64,000 nucleotides of DNA from Candidatus Eiseniibacteriota bacterium (GTDB taxonomy: Bacteria; Eisenbacteria; RBG-16-71-46): the NCBI GenBank assembly GCA_044222065.1, contig JBGAOA010000001.1, positions 1 to 64,000 on the forward strand. Direction: 5' to 3'. The position numbers were made by a program, and so were the translations under genes. Shown in pieces: positions 46,760-55,973 of this stretch (its first letter is position 1; the number at the start of each line of letters is the position of its first letter). The notes below the pieces were generated by a model. The model was not told where the DNA came from, made no database searches, and saw only the letters and a list, made by a program, of their open reading frames with translations.

Positions 46760-47286
46760 AGGGACGAACGGGAAGCGCGATGGGTTTGGCGGTGGCGTTC
46801 GCGATCGCGACGGCCGCGTGGGCGCACGGCGCCGCGCCGGCCGCGCCGCCGAAGGGCGCGCCCTCCGCGGCGAACTCGCCCGCGGGCGCGCCGCTCAAGT
46901 TGAAGACGGTGTCGCTGATGATCGGTCATCGCGCGTTCACCGACTTCCGCGACGACGTGTCGGTGCGCCCGCACACGCTGTTCCGCGTCGGCGACACCGA
47001 GTACTCCGCGAAGGTGGTCGAGTTCCAGCCCGACTTCGCCATGGACGTGAAGAAGCACAAGATCACCTCGCGCTCGAACGAGCCGAAGAACCCGGCGGTG
47101 AAGATCGTCGTGTGGAAGAACGGCGCGGCGGACGACACGTCGTGGGCGTTCCTCAACATGCCGCCGCACTTCATGCGCAAGTCCATGCTCGCGTTCCGGC
47201 TCGTGAAGCTCGAGTTCGAGAACGGCCGCGTGATCGAGGCTCCGAAGGACACGACGGCGGTCCGGACCGGGAGCGCCCATAAATGA
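46756..47286 (+). CDS. Exported protein, DUF2155-like
   Basis: Signal peptide (AWA); FQPDFAMD...ITSRSNEPKNPAV...WAF; ATGA overlaps on both sides. Confidence 0.6.
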   Translation: MKGRTGSAMGLAVAFAIATAAWAHGAAPAAPPKGAPSAANSPAGAPLKLKTVSLMIGHRAFTDFRDDVSVRPHTLFRVGDTEYSAKVVEFQPDFAMDVKKHKITSRSNEPKNPAVKIVVWKNGAADDTSWAFLNMPPHFMRKSMLAFRLVKLEFENGRVIEAPKDTTAVRTGSAHK

Positions 47287-50200
47287 ACCGCGCTCCGCGC
47301 CGCGTCCTCCGCTTCGCCGCCCTCGCGCTGCTCGCGCTCGCGGCGTTCACGCTCGTGCCCTCGGCCACGGCGTTCGCGAAGCCGAAGGGACAGGCGCGCA
47401 GCTGTTACGACTGCCACACCGAATCGAAGAAGGCGTACGCGAAGAAGTTCGTGCACGCGCCCGTCGCGAAGGTGAAGTGCGAAGCGTGCCACCTGAGCCA
47501 CGGGTTCCAGCAGAAGCTCGTTCTCGTGAAGCCGGCCGAGCAGCTGTGCTTCGACTGCCACGCGGACCTGCAGAAGCGTCCGGCGCCGAAGTTCCCGCAC
47601 GCGGCGTACGCGAAGGGCGAGTGCTACGGCTGTCACGATTCCCACGCGAGCGACACGCCGCACCTCGTGCGCGACGGCGGCCCGGCCGCGTCGTGCTTCA
47701 AGTGCCACGAGGCGACGGCGAAAGAGACGAAGCTGGCCGTCCAGCACGCGCCGTTCCTCAAGGGCGCGTGCGGCGATTGCCACGCGCCGCACGGCGGCGC
47801 CGAGGCGAAGCTGCTCACGGCGGCGCCCGACGCGCTGTGCGCGAAGTGCCACCCGGCCGCAGCCGTGGACGCGAAGCACACGAAGGTGCAGCGCGGCGGA
47901 CTCGCGTGCCTCGACTGCCACGCGGCGCACGCCTCGAGCGCTCCGAAGCTCGCGCGCGCCGGAGCGCACGCGCCGGTCGCCGAGGGCGACTGCGCCTCGT
48001 GTCACGTGATGGAAGCGGGCAAGGCGGGCAAGAAGCTCGTCGACAAGGTCCCGGCGCTCTGCCTCTCGTGCCACGACGACTTCGCGAACCTCGCGCAGCG
48101 CAAGTTCCCGCACGATCCGGCGGCCGAGGGCGACTGCCTCTCGTGCCACGACCCGCATCGCGGCGGCCCCGACGGCAAGCTGCTCAAGGCGTCGCAGAAC
48201 AAGCTGTGCGCCGAGTGCCACTCGGACACGATGGACGAGACGAAGCGCCCCGCGGTCCACAAGGCGTTCGCGCAGGGCGAGTGCTCCTCGTGCCACAACG
48301 TGCACGGCTCCTCGAACGAGCACCTCGCGAAGACGCCCGACGGCGCGATGTGCGCGACGTGCCACACGAAGGTCGCCGAGAAGATCGCGGCGCCGAAGGG
48401 CGTGCATTCGCCGGCCGGCAAGAAGGACTGCCTGCGCTGCCACACGCCGCACGCCGGCAAGCAGAACGCGCTGCTCGTCCAGGACGAGCGCACGCTGTGC
48501 CTGACCTGCCATGCGAGCACCGCGCGCAAGGTCGCCGGCAAGGGCGCGCATCCGCCCTTCAACGGCGGCAACTGCACCGCGTGCCACGATCCGCACCAGT
48601 CGAACCAGGCGAAGCTGCAGCGCGTGCCGACCGCCGAGCTGTGCGGCCGCTGCCATCCGGGCGTCGAGCGCCAGCTCAAGGCCGAGCACACGCACGACCC
48701 GGCGAAGCAGGGCGACTGCCTGTCGTGCCACGGCGCGCACGGCGGCGAGGGCAAGGGATTGCTGATTTCGAAGACGGCGACGCTGTGCGCCGACTGCCAC
48801 GACGACATCGCGAAGAAGGCGGCGGGGCCGGGCGGACACACGGCGGCGGCGACCGGAAAGTGCATCGCCTGCCACGAACCGCACGGCGGCGCGAAGCCGA
48901 AGCTGCTCAAGGCGAGCGGCGGCGCGCTGTGCAAGAGCTGTCACGCCGGCGTCGGCCAGGAAGGCGACGCGAAGCACGCGCCGGTGGAAGAGGGCGACTG
49001 CCTCACGTGCCACGATCCGCACGGCGGAGTCGCCGCGCCCGCGCTCAAGAAGCCGCCCGCGACGCTGTGCCTCGAGTGCCACGACACGGCCGATGCCGAC
49101 ATGAAGACGAAGCACCAGAACGGCGACCTCTCGGGCGGCCGCTGTCTGTCGTGCCACACGCCGCACGCGTCCAAGTCGCCCGGGCTGATCGGCGCGAACG
49201 CGCATCCGGGGTTCGCCGACAAGAACTGCACGAAGTGCCACGGCCCCGGCGCGCCGGCGGCGAAGAACCTGATCGCGGCGCCCGAGGCGCTGTGCGTGCG
49301 CTGCCACGACCAGGCGAAGCCGAAGGCCGAGGGCGCGCGCGTGCACGACCCCGTCACGAAGGGCCGCTGCGTGGTGTGCCACACGCCGCACGCGTCCGAC
49401 CGCAAGGGCCTCGTCACCGCGCCGCAGGAGCGGCTGTGCGCGACGTGCCACGCGACGGTCGCGAAGGACGCGGCGATGTCCCACGGGCACGCGCCGGTCG
49501 CCGACGGCCAGTGCGCGTCGTGCCACGATCCGCACCAGTCGCCGTGGCGCGGCCTCGTGAAGAAGAAGCCGTCGGACCTGTGCGCCGACTGCCACAAGGA
49601 CCTCGCGAAGCGCATCGCCGAAGGCGTGCCGCACGCGCCCGTCGGCCGCGGCATGTGCCTGAGCTGCCACGCGCCGCACGGCTCGGACAAGCCGGGCATG
49701 GTGCGCAAGGAAGGCGCTGCGCTGTGCTCGGGCTGCCACGATCCCAAGGGCGCGAAGCTGATCGCGAAGCACCCCGGGATGGCGATGGAGACGACGAAGT
49801 GCACGAGCTGCCACGATCCGCACGTGCAGGGCAAGAACCGGACGGGGCTCATCCGCCCGTTCCCGCACCTGCCGTTCGCGCGCGGCGAGTGCACGTCGTG
49901 TCACACGGCGAAGGGCGCGAAGACGCTCGTGCTCGACGAGAAGGACCTGTGCGTGAAGTGCCACGAGGCCTCGAAGAACTTCGCCTCGAAGCCGTTCCCG
50001 CACGCGGCCGTCACGTCGGGCGAGCGCTGCATGAGCTGCCACGAGCCGCACGCGGGTGGTGCGAAGGGGGTCCTCAAGCGCTCACCCGAGAAGCTGTGCT
50101 TCGACTGCCACGACCGTTCGGCCTTCAAGGGCTCGAAGCGCCACGAGGCGCTCGACGACGGCTGCAACGAGTGTCACGCGCCGCACGGCGGCGAAGGCCC

Positions 50201-50444
50201 CGGGCTGCTGAAGACGAAGACCGAGCGCGAGACCTGCGCGACGTGTCACACCGACCTGTCGAAGCACTACCACCCGACGCAGAGCGACAAGCCCGATCCG
50301 CGCACGGGACGTCCGATGACGTGCTCGAGCTGCCACCGCTCGCACGCCGCGGACTTCGACGGCCTGCTGCAGTTCGATCCGAAGCGCGAGCTGTGCGTGC
50401 AGTGCCACGATCCGTCCATGGCGCCGCCGCCGAAGAAGAAGTAG
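47283..50444 (+). CDS. Giant multiheme cytochrome c, 42 CxxCH (doubled-CxxCH repeats)
   Basis: 42 CxxCH counted by hand in 1053 aa; repeat unit H-x-P-x3-G-x-CxxCH-x2-H-x(n)-L-CxxCH; signal peptide. Confidence 0.93.
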   Translation: MNRAPRRVLRFAALALLALAAFTLVPSATAFAKPKGQARSCYDCHTESKKAYAKKFVHAPVAKVKCEACHLSHGFQQKLVLVKPAEQLCFDCHADLQKRPAPKFPHAAYAKGECYGCHDSHASDTPHLVRDGGPAASCFKCHEATAKETKLAVQHAPFLKGACGDCHAPHGGAEAKLLTAAPDALCAKCHPAAAVDAKHTKVQRGGLACLDCHAAHASSAPKLARAGAHAPVAEGDCASCHVMEAGKAGKKLVDKVPALCLSCHDDFANLAQRKFPHDPAAEGDCLSCHDPHRGGPDGKLLKASQNKLCAECHSDTMDETKRPAVHKAFAQGECSSCHNVHGSSNEHLAKTPDGAMCATCHTKVAEKIAAPKGVHSPAGKKDCLRCHTPHAGKQNALLVQDERTLCLTCHASTARKVAGKGAHPPFNGGNCTACHDPHQSNQAKLQRVPTAELCGRCHPGVERQLKAEHTHDPAKQGDCLSCHGAHGGEGKGLLISKTATLCADCHDDIAKKAAGPGGHTAAATGKCIACHEPHGGAKPKLLKASGGALCKSCHAGVGQEGDAKHAPVEEGDCLTCHDPHGGVAAPALKKPPATLCLECHDTADADMKTKHQNGDLSGGRCLSCHTPHASKSPGLIGANAHPGFADKNCTKCHGPGAPAAKNLIAAPEALCVRCHDQAKPKAEGARVHDPVTKGRCVVCHTPHASDRKGLVTAPQERLCATCHATVAKDAAMSHGHAPVADGQCASCHDPHQSPWRGLVKKKPSDLCADCHKDLAKRIAEGVPHAPVGRGMCLSCHAPHGSDKPGMVRKEGAALCSGCHDPKGAKLIAKHPGMAMETTKCTSCHDPHVQGKNRTGLIRPFPHLPFARGECTSCHTAKGAKTLVLDEKDLCVKCHEASKNFASKPFPHAAVTSGERCMSCHEPHAGGAKGVLKRSPEKLCFDCHDRSAFKGSKRHEALDDGCNECHAPHGGEGPGLLKTKTERETCATCHTDLSKHYHPTQSDKPDPRTGRPMTCSSCHRSHAADFDGLLQFDPKRELCVQCHDPSMAPPPKKK

Positions 50445-50464
50445 TTCGCCGTCGCTCTCGCCGT

Positions 50465-50498
50465 CGCGCCGCGCGGACCTTCGGGACCGCGCGGCGCG
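50465..50498 (+). terminator. cUUCGg hairpin ending the cytochrome operon
   Basis: cgcgccgcgcgg-a-cc-ttcg-gg-a-ccgcgcggcgcg; no U-tract. Confidence 0.5.
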
Positions 50499-50710
50499 CC
50501 CGTTCGAGGCGCGCGGCGCGGTCCCGCGACCGGTCCGGCGCTCGGACCGGGCCGGAGCGGCCGTTCACCGCCCTGCGACACCCCGACTGAATTCTCGATC
50601 CGTGGCGCTAAACCCGCGACTTTCCGCTGGGATCGGCCGGCGGCGGGGCCTAAACTCGTTCGCACTTTCCGGACAGAGACCGGAACTTCACGAACCGCAG
50701 GAGGGTCCCC

Positions 50711-51202
50711 ATGCGCCTCGTTTCTCCCCGCTCACTGCTTCTCGCCTCCGCCTGCCTTCTCGTGACGGCCTCCGTCGCGAGCGCGTGCCCGAATTCGAAG
50801 GCCGCCGCCACGAAGTCCGCGGCGTGCGCCGCGAAGGCCACGCAGACCGCCGCCGTCGCTCCGGTGCCGAACGTGATCGTGCCCGGGCTCTGGGCCTACC
50901 TCGATCCCGAGACCGGAACCCTGACGGGTTCCGTGACGGACCTCGTGGCGCCGAGCGACCTCGTGACCCCGCCGACGACGCTCGCGCTTCCCGAAGTGCG
51001 GCTTCCCGACGGGTCGTACATGGTCGACCTGCAGGGTCAGTTCATGGAGAACGTCGTGATGCACGTCGATCCGTTCGGCATTCGCAGCTTCGTGTGCGGC
51101 CGCGGCGTCAACGTGAACACGCCGGTCGCCGCGCCGAAGGCCCAGGCCCTCGTGCGCATGCCGTCCACCCTGGAGCCGGTGCCCGCGCCGGTGGAGGAGT
51201 AA
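50711..51202 (+). CDS. Small exported hypothetical protein
   Basis: Signal peptide; AYLDPETG...LPDGSYMVDLQGQF; 3 bp from the downstream protease gene. Confidence 0.7.
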   Translation: MRLVSPRSLLLASACLLVTASVASACPNSKAAATKSAACAAKATQTAAVAPVPNVIVPGLWAYLDPETGTLTGSVTDLVAPSDLVTPPTTLALPEVRLPDGSYMVDLQGQFMENVVMHVDPFGIRSFVCGRGVNVNTPVAAPKAQALVRMPSTLEPVPAPVEE

Positions 51203-51205
51203 CCC

Positions 51206-53161
51206 GTGCGACTCCACGACACGCTGCGCGGTCTCGCCGCGCTCGTCCTCGCGGGCGGGCTCGCGCTCTCTGCCGCCGTCGCCGACGCGGCGACGATCAT
51301 CATCGTGAACAACGACGGCGCGGGCGAAGGCTTCAACGATGCCACGGCCGTCGCCCCGGTCGGCGGGAATCCCGGCGTCACCCGCGGCCAGCAGCGCCTG
51401 AACGTCTTCACGACCGCGGCCAACATGTGGGGCGCGATGCTCCCGAGCGCGGTCACGATCTCGGTCGCTTCGACCTTCGATCCGCTCACCTGCACGGCCA
51501 CGAGCGCGACGCTCGGCAGCACGGGTCCGCAGACCGCGCACCGCGACTTCGCGGGCGCGATCTTCCCGGGCACGTGGTACCACCAGTCGCTCGCGAACAA
51601 GCTCGCCGGCGTGGACCTGTCGGCGAACCCCGACATGACCTCGCGCTTCAACTCGACGCTCGACGGCGGAACGTGCCTCGGCGGCCTCGTCTGGTACTAC
51701 GGCTACGACGGCCTCGAAGGGGCGAACGTCGAGCTGCTGCCGGTCGTGCTCCACGAGCTCGGCCACGGCCTCAACTTCAGCACCCTCACGAACGGCTCGA
51801 CGGGCGCGTACTTCAACCTGTTCCCGTCGGTGTTCGATCAGTTCCTGTACGACAACACCACGGGTCTGGTGTGGTCCGCCGAAACCGCGGCGCAGCGCGC
51901 GGCGTCGGCCATCGCGCTCGACAAGCTGGCGTGGAACGGCAACGGCGGCCGCTACGTCGCCGCGCACTTCCTCGCGAAGCGCAAGCGCATGGTCGTGAAC
52001 AGCCCCGGCGGCATCGCGGGCATCTACGGCGCGAACGTCGCGGCGTTCGGCCCGCAGAACTACTCGGTGACGGGCAACGTCGTGCTGGTGGACGACGGCG
52101 TCGCGCCGAACAGCGACGGCTGCACGCCGCTCGTGAACGCGGCAGCGGTGGCCGGCAACATCGCGCTGATCGACCGCGGCACCTGCACGTTCGTGTTGAA
52201 GGCGCAGGCGGCGCAGGCCGCGGGCGCGATCGCGGTCATCATCGCGAACAACGCGGCCGGCGCGCTCGCGCCCGGCGGCACGGATCCCTCGATCACGATC
52301 CCGGTCGTGGGCATCACGCTCGCCGACGGCAACACGCTCAAGGCGAACCTGCCGGGCGTGAACGTCACGCTCGACGCCGACCCGGCGCTGCTGACCGGCG
52401 CCGACAACTCGGGCCGTCCGCTCATGTACACGCCGAATCCGTTCACGAGCGGCTCGTCGGTCTCGCACTTCGACGTCACCGCGACGCCGAACGCGCTCAT
52501 GGAGCCGGCGATCAACTCGGACCTCCACACGAACGTCGACATGACGCTCGGCGTGTTCTCGGACGTCGGCTGGCTGGACTACACGGTCTCCACGACGCTC
52601 GCGACGTTCGACGCGACGAGCGACGCCGAGGGCATCCGCATCCACTGGGTGTTCTCGGATCCGAGCGACGTCCGCGTCGTGACCGTCGAGCGTGCGACGA
52701 GCGACGCCGGCCCGTGGGCGCCGGTGGCGGTCGAGATCCTCGACAACTCCTTCGGCACGGTCGCGCTCGACGCGAGCGCCGCGGAAGGCAAGACCTACTA
52801 CTACCGCCTGCAGGTCACGGACCGCGCCGGCAACACGCAGGTGCAGGGTCTCGCGACGGCGCGTCGCGAGGCGACGTTCCGCGGCGCGGCGGTGCTCATG
52901 GCGCCGCGTCCGAACCCGGCCGATCGCGGCACGGCGGTGACGTTCCGCCTCGGACAGCCCGAGTACGTGCGCCTGTCGGTGCTCGACGCGAGCGGCCGCC
53001 TGATCCGCACGGTCCACGACGGCATGCTGTCGCCCGGCGAGCACACGAAGCAGTGGGACGGCATGAGCGACGGCTCGAAGCAGGTGCCCGCCGGCCTCTA
53101 CTTCTTCGCGCTCAAGACGTCGAAGGGCACGGTGACGCAGCGCATCGCCGTCGTGCACTGA
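51206..53161 (+). CDS. Secreted zincin-like metalloprotease with PA domain and C-terminal FlgD-Ig-like domain
   Basis: VVLHELGHGLNF; PA domain (IALIDRGTCTF...KAQAAQAAGAIAVII); GSSVSHFD...LMEP; PNP...VLDASGR...WDG...GLYF. Confidence 0.85.
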   Translation: MRLHDTLRGLAALVLAGGLALSAAVADAATIIIVNNDGAGEGFNDATAVAPVGGNPGVTRGQQRLNVFTTAANMWGAMLPSAVTISVASTFDPLTCTATSATLGSTGPQTAHRDFAGAIFPGTWYHQSLANKLAGVDLSANPDMTSRFNSTLDGGTCLGGLVWYYGYDGLEGANVELLPVVLHELGHGLNFSTLTNGSTGAYFNLFPSVFDQFLYDNTTGLVWSAETAAQRAASAIALDKLAWNGNGGRYVAAHFLAKRKRMVVNSPGGIAGIYGANVAAFGPQNYSVTGNVVLVDDGVAPNSDGCTPLVNAAAVAGNIALIDRGTCTFVLKAQAAQAAGAIAVIIANNAAGALAPGGTDPSITIPVVGITLADGNTLKANLPGVNVTLDADPALLTGADNSGRPLMYTPNPFTSGSSVSHFDVTATPNALMEPAINSDLHTNVDMTLGVFSDVGWLDYTVSTTLATFDATSDAEGIRIHWVFSDPSDVRVVTVERATSDAGPWAPVAVEILDNSFGTVALDASAAEGKTYYYRLQVTDRAGNTQVQGLATARREATFRGAAVLMAPRPNPADRGTAVTFRLGQPEYVRLSVLDASGRLIRTVHDGMLSPGEHTKQWDGMSDGSKQVPAGLYFFALKTSKGTVTQRIAVVH

Positions 53162-53186
53162 GTCGACAGCCTCACCGCTGAAAGAT

Positions 53187-53226
53187 GCGGCCGCCTTCGC
53201 GAGAGCGAAGGCGGCCGTTTCGTTTC
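53187..53226 (+). terminator. Intrinsic terminator
   Basis: gcggccgccttcgc-gaga-gcgaaggcggccgt followed by ttcgttt. Confidence 0.75.
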
Positions 53227-53248
53227 CGGCGCGCGGGCGCGGTCCGCG

Positions 53249-54958
53249 TCAGGCGCGTCCGGGCTCGAGCGGTCCCAGTTCGAGCCACACGAACGTGAAG
53301 CCGTCGGCGGACTCGAACACCCGCACGTGCGACACGTTCCACTCGGGCCGGCTCGGCGCCTCGCCGGGGGCGCGCATCAGTTCGTCCCAGCCGGGCCACG
53401 CCTTCGACGGTTCGCGGAACGCGAGCAGCACGTGGCGGAAGGGACGAAGCCTGCGGCACGCATCCACGTCCTCGGGCGTGAGCGCGAGGTGGACGACCGG
53501 GTGGCGTGCGAACCACGCGAGGTTCGGCCCGAGGTTGCTCATGACGGGCTCGTCCGCCGGGATCTCGCGATCGAGCTGGATCGAGATCTGGAACAGCGTG
53601 AGCGTGGACGGCATGCCGCGCGTCGCGGCCGCCGACTCGGCCTCGGCGAGCCCGCGGTTCGTGAGCCACGCGCCCCAGCCGAGGAACAGCGCGAGCGCGA
53701 TGCCGGCGAGCGCGCGCACGTTGCGCTCCGGCGAGCCGTAGCGGCCGAGCCGCCACACGAGCGCGAGCGTCGCGATCGTGCCGCCGACGTCGGCGAGGAT
53801 GCGCGCCGGGTACAGGTAGCGGAGCTGCGGCACGCCGAACGCCGCGACCACCAGGTTGAGCGCGAACGCGGCGAGCAGCGCGAGCGCGGCGACGCGAAGC
53901 ACGCGCGGCACGTCGCGCAGTGAGGCCGTGAGCGCGAGGCTCGCGAGCGCGAGAACGCGAACGCCGCTGAACGCGTCGAGCAGCAGCCGGGGCGCGTTGT
54001 GCGCGAACTTCGCGAGCAGCAGCCGCGCAGCCTCGGCCCCGTGCGGAACCGCGGGCGGAGCGGTGCCGTGGACGAGCGAGAACCACGTGCGGCCCTCGAC
54101 GCCGTCCCACAGCGCGAGCGCCGAGAGGTCCCAGCCCGGGTTTCCGAACGCGGACCACTTGTAGAGCCACCACGGCGAGAGCACGAGCGCGTATCCCGCG
54201 AGCGTGAGCAGCGCGACGCGCACGCGCCGGCCGCGCGGCGCGCCGCTCGCCGCGGCGGTCGCGAACATCGGGGCGAGCCACAGCATGTTGCCGCGGAAGA
54301 GCCCGGCGACGCCGAGCGCGAGCCCGAACACGAACGGCCGGAGCGGCGCGACGCCGGAGGCGAGCAGCAGGAACGCTCCCGCGAGTCCGAGCGTGAACGG
54401 CATCTCGGTGAATCCGCCGGTCGCGAAGTGCTGGGATTCGGGGTCGAGCAGCAGCACGGCGGCGGCCGCGCCGCACGCGAGCGAGCGCATCCACGACGGC
54501 AGTTCGGGCGCGTGGATGAGGAGCAGCTTCACGAGCCCGAGCGCGAGCAGGCACGCGGCCATGAGGTACGACGTGAAGGACAGCGTCAGCACGAGCCATT
54601 CGCGCTGGTCGGCGCGGCGGAACTGCGCGACGTCGTGCGAGCCGATCCGCACCCGCTGCGGCGCGAGCTTGAACAGCGCGGCCTCGGCGAGCACGAGCCC
54701 GGGCTGCACGACCGAGAGCGGCCAGGGCGGCGACGGTTGGCGCGCGAGGTCGATCGGCAGCGCGAACGTGGTGCCGAGGCGCCCGGACTGCGCCAGCTCG
54801 CGGGCGGCGAGCGCGTACTGCGCGGCGTCGAAGTTGAGCGCCGGCGAGCGCCGGCCGACGTCCCACGCTTCGGCGTGCAGCATCCAGAGGCCGGTGCCGA
54901 GCACGCCGAGCACGAGCAGCATCACGAGCGCGCTGACCGACTTCCGTGTCGCGTCCAT
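53249..54958 (-). CDS. Polytopic membrane protein, GT-C-like
   Basis: FDAAQYALAARELA...G, TEMPF, FRGN, RY; many transmembrane segments. Confidence 0.6.
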   Translation of the reverse strand: MDATRKSVSALVMLLVLGVLGTGLWMLHAEAWDVGRRSPALNFDAAQYALAARELAQSGRLGTTFALPIDLARQPSPPWPLSVVQPGLVLAEAALFKLAPQRVRIGSHDVAQFRRADQREWLVLTLSFTSYLMAACLLALGLVKLLLIHAPELPSWMRSLACGAAAAVLLLDPESQHFATGGFTEMPFTLGLAGAFLLLASGVAPLRPFVFGLALGVAGLFRGNMLWLAPMFATAAASGAPRGRRVRVALLTLAGYALVLSPWWLYKWSAFGNPGWDLSALALWDGVEGRTWFSLVHGTAPPAVPHGAEAARLLLAKFAHNAPRLLLDAFSGVRVLALASLALTASLRDVPRVLRVAALALLAAFALNLVVAAFGVPQLRYLYPARILADVGGTIATLALVWRLGRYGSPERNVRALAGIALALFLGWGAWLTNRGLAEAESAAATRGMPSTLTLFQISIQLDREIPADEPVMSNLGPNLAWFARHPVVHLALTPEDVDACRRLRPFRHVLLAFREPSKAWPGWDELMRAPGEAPSRPEWNVSHVRVFESADGFTFVWLELGPLEPGRA

Positions 54959-55024
54959 GGCCGCACCCTAGCCCGGACGTTCGTCCGACGCCACTGCGGA
55001 ACGGACGCCGCCGCGCGGCGGAGC

Positions 55025-55873
55025 CTAGACGACGTCGAAGCGGGGGGCGCTCGGAATCGCGCCGGCCGCCACCGCGCGTTCGTACAGGCGCGCGATCGCG
55101 CGGCGTCCGGTCTCGCCCATCTCGAGCGTGAGTTCGTTCACGTACATGTGCACGAACGTCTTGCCCTTCTCGACGTCGAGCCCGCGGCCGAAGCGCAACG
55201 CGTAGCGGATCGCGTCCTCTTCGTGGTCGAGCGCCGCCTGAATGCTCGCGCGGAATCCCGTCGAGACCGCCCGCATGAGTTCGGAGCCGAGGTCGCGGCG
55301 CACGACGTCGAGTCCGAGCGGCACCGGCAGGCCGTCGCGCTCCTTCCAGATCTCGCCGAAGTCGAGCACTTTGACGAGCCCTTCCTCGCGGTAGGTGAGC
55401 TGGCTCTCGTGGATGATCACGCCGGCATCGAATTCGCCCGCGGCGACGCGCGCCGGAATCTGGTCGAACATCACTTCGACCGGCGTGCACTCGGGGCACT
55501 CGGTGCGCAGCAGCAGCGCCGCGGTCGTCATGGCCCCCGGGATCGCGACCCGCGCTCCGCGCAGCGATTCGACGCTGCGCGCGCTGCGCGCCACGACGAC
55601 GGGGCCGTACCCGAGCCCCATCGAGGCGCCGCACGCGAGCACCGCGTAGCGGTCGGCGAGGAACGCGTACGCGTGCGCCGAGACGGCGGTGATCTCGAGG
55701 TCGGCGCGCTCGAGCGCGCGACGGTTCAGGCTCTGGATGTCCTCGAGCACGTGCTCGACGTGACAGCCCGGAATGGACGCGAGCCCCTCGTGGAAGCCGT
55801 AGAACATGTAGGCGTCGTCCGCGTCGGGACTGTGGCCGAAGCGCAGCGTGCGAAGGGCGGAGGCGGTGTCCAT
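55025..55873 (-). CDS. mqnD: 1,4-dihydroxy-6-naphthoate synthase
   Basis: GHSPDADDAYMFY, DIQSLN, GASMGLGYGP, PGAMTTA, GVIIHE, LPVPLG, MYVN. Confidence 0.92.
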   Translation of the reverse strand: MDTASALRTLRFGHSPDADDAYMFYGFHEGLASIPGCHVEHVLEDIQSLNRRALERADLEITAVSAHAYAFLADRYAVLACGASMGLGYGPVVVARSARSVESLRGARVAIPGAMTTAALLLRTECPECTPVEVMFDQIPARVAAGEFDAGVIIHESQLTYREEGLVKVLDFGEIWKERDGLPVPLGLDVVRRDLGSELMRAVSTGFRASIQAALDHEEDAIRYALRFGRGLDVEKGKTFVHMYVNELTLEMGETGRRAIARLYERAVAAGAIPSAPRFDVV

Positions 55874-55973
55874 CGGAACTCCCCGGCTGAGGTCGAAAGC
55901 GGACGCGGAGAGTAGCGCAGCGGCCCGCCGAGCCGAAACCCGGCGGGCCGCGCGTCGCGAGCCGAACGCGCCG

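Noticed and set aside
47283..50444. CRISPR or tandem DNA repeat (recurring tgccac)
   Set aside because: The recurrence is the Cys-His codons of the heme motifs inside a CDS. There are no identical spaced repeats and no cas genes.
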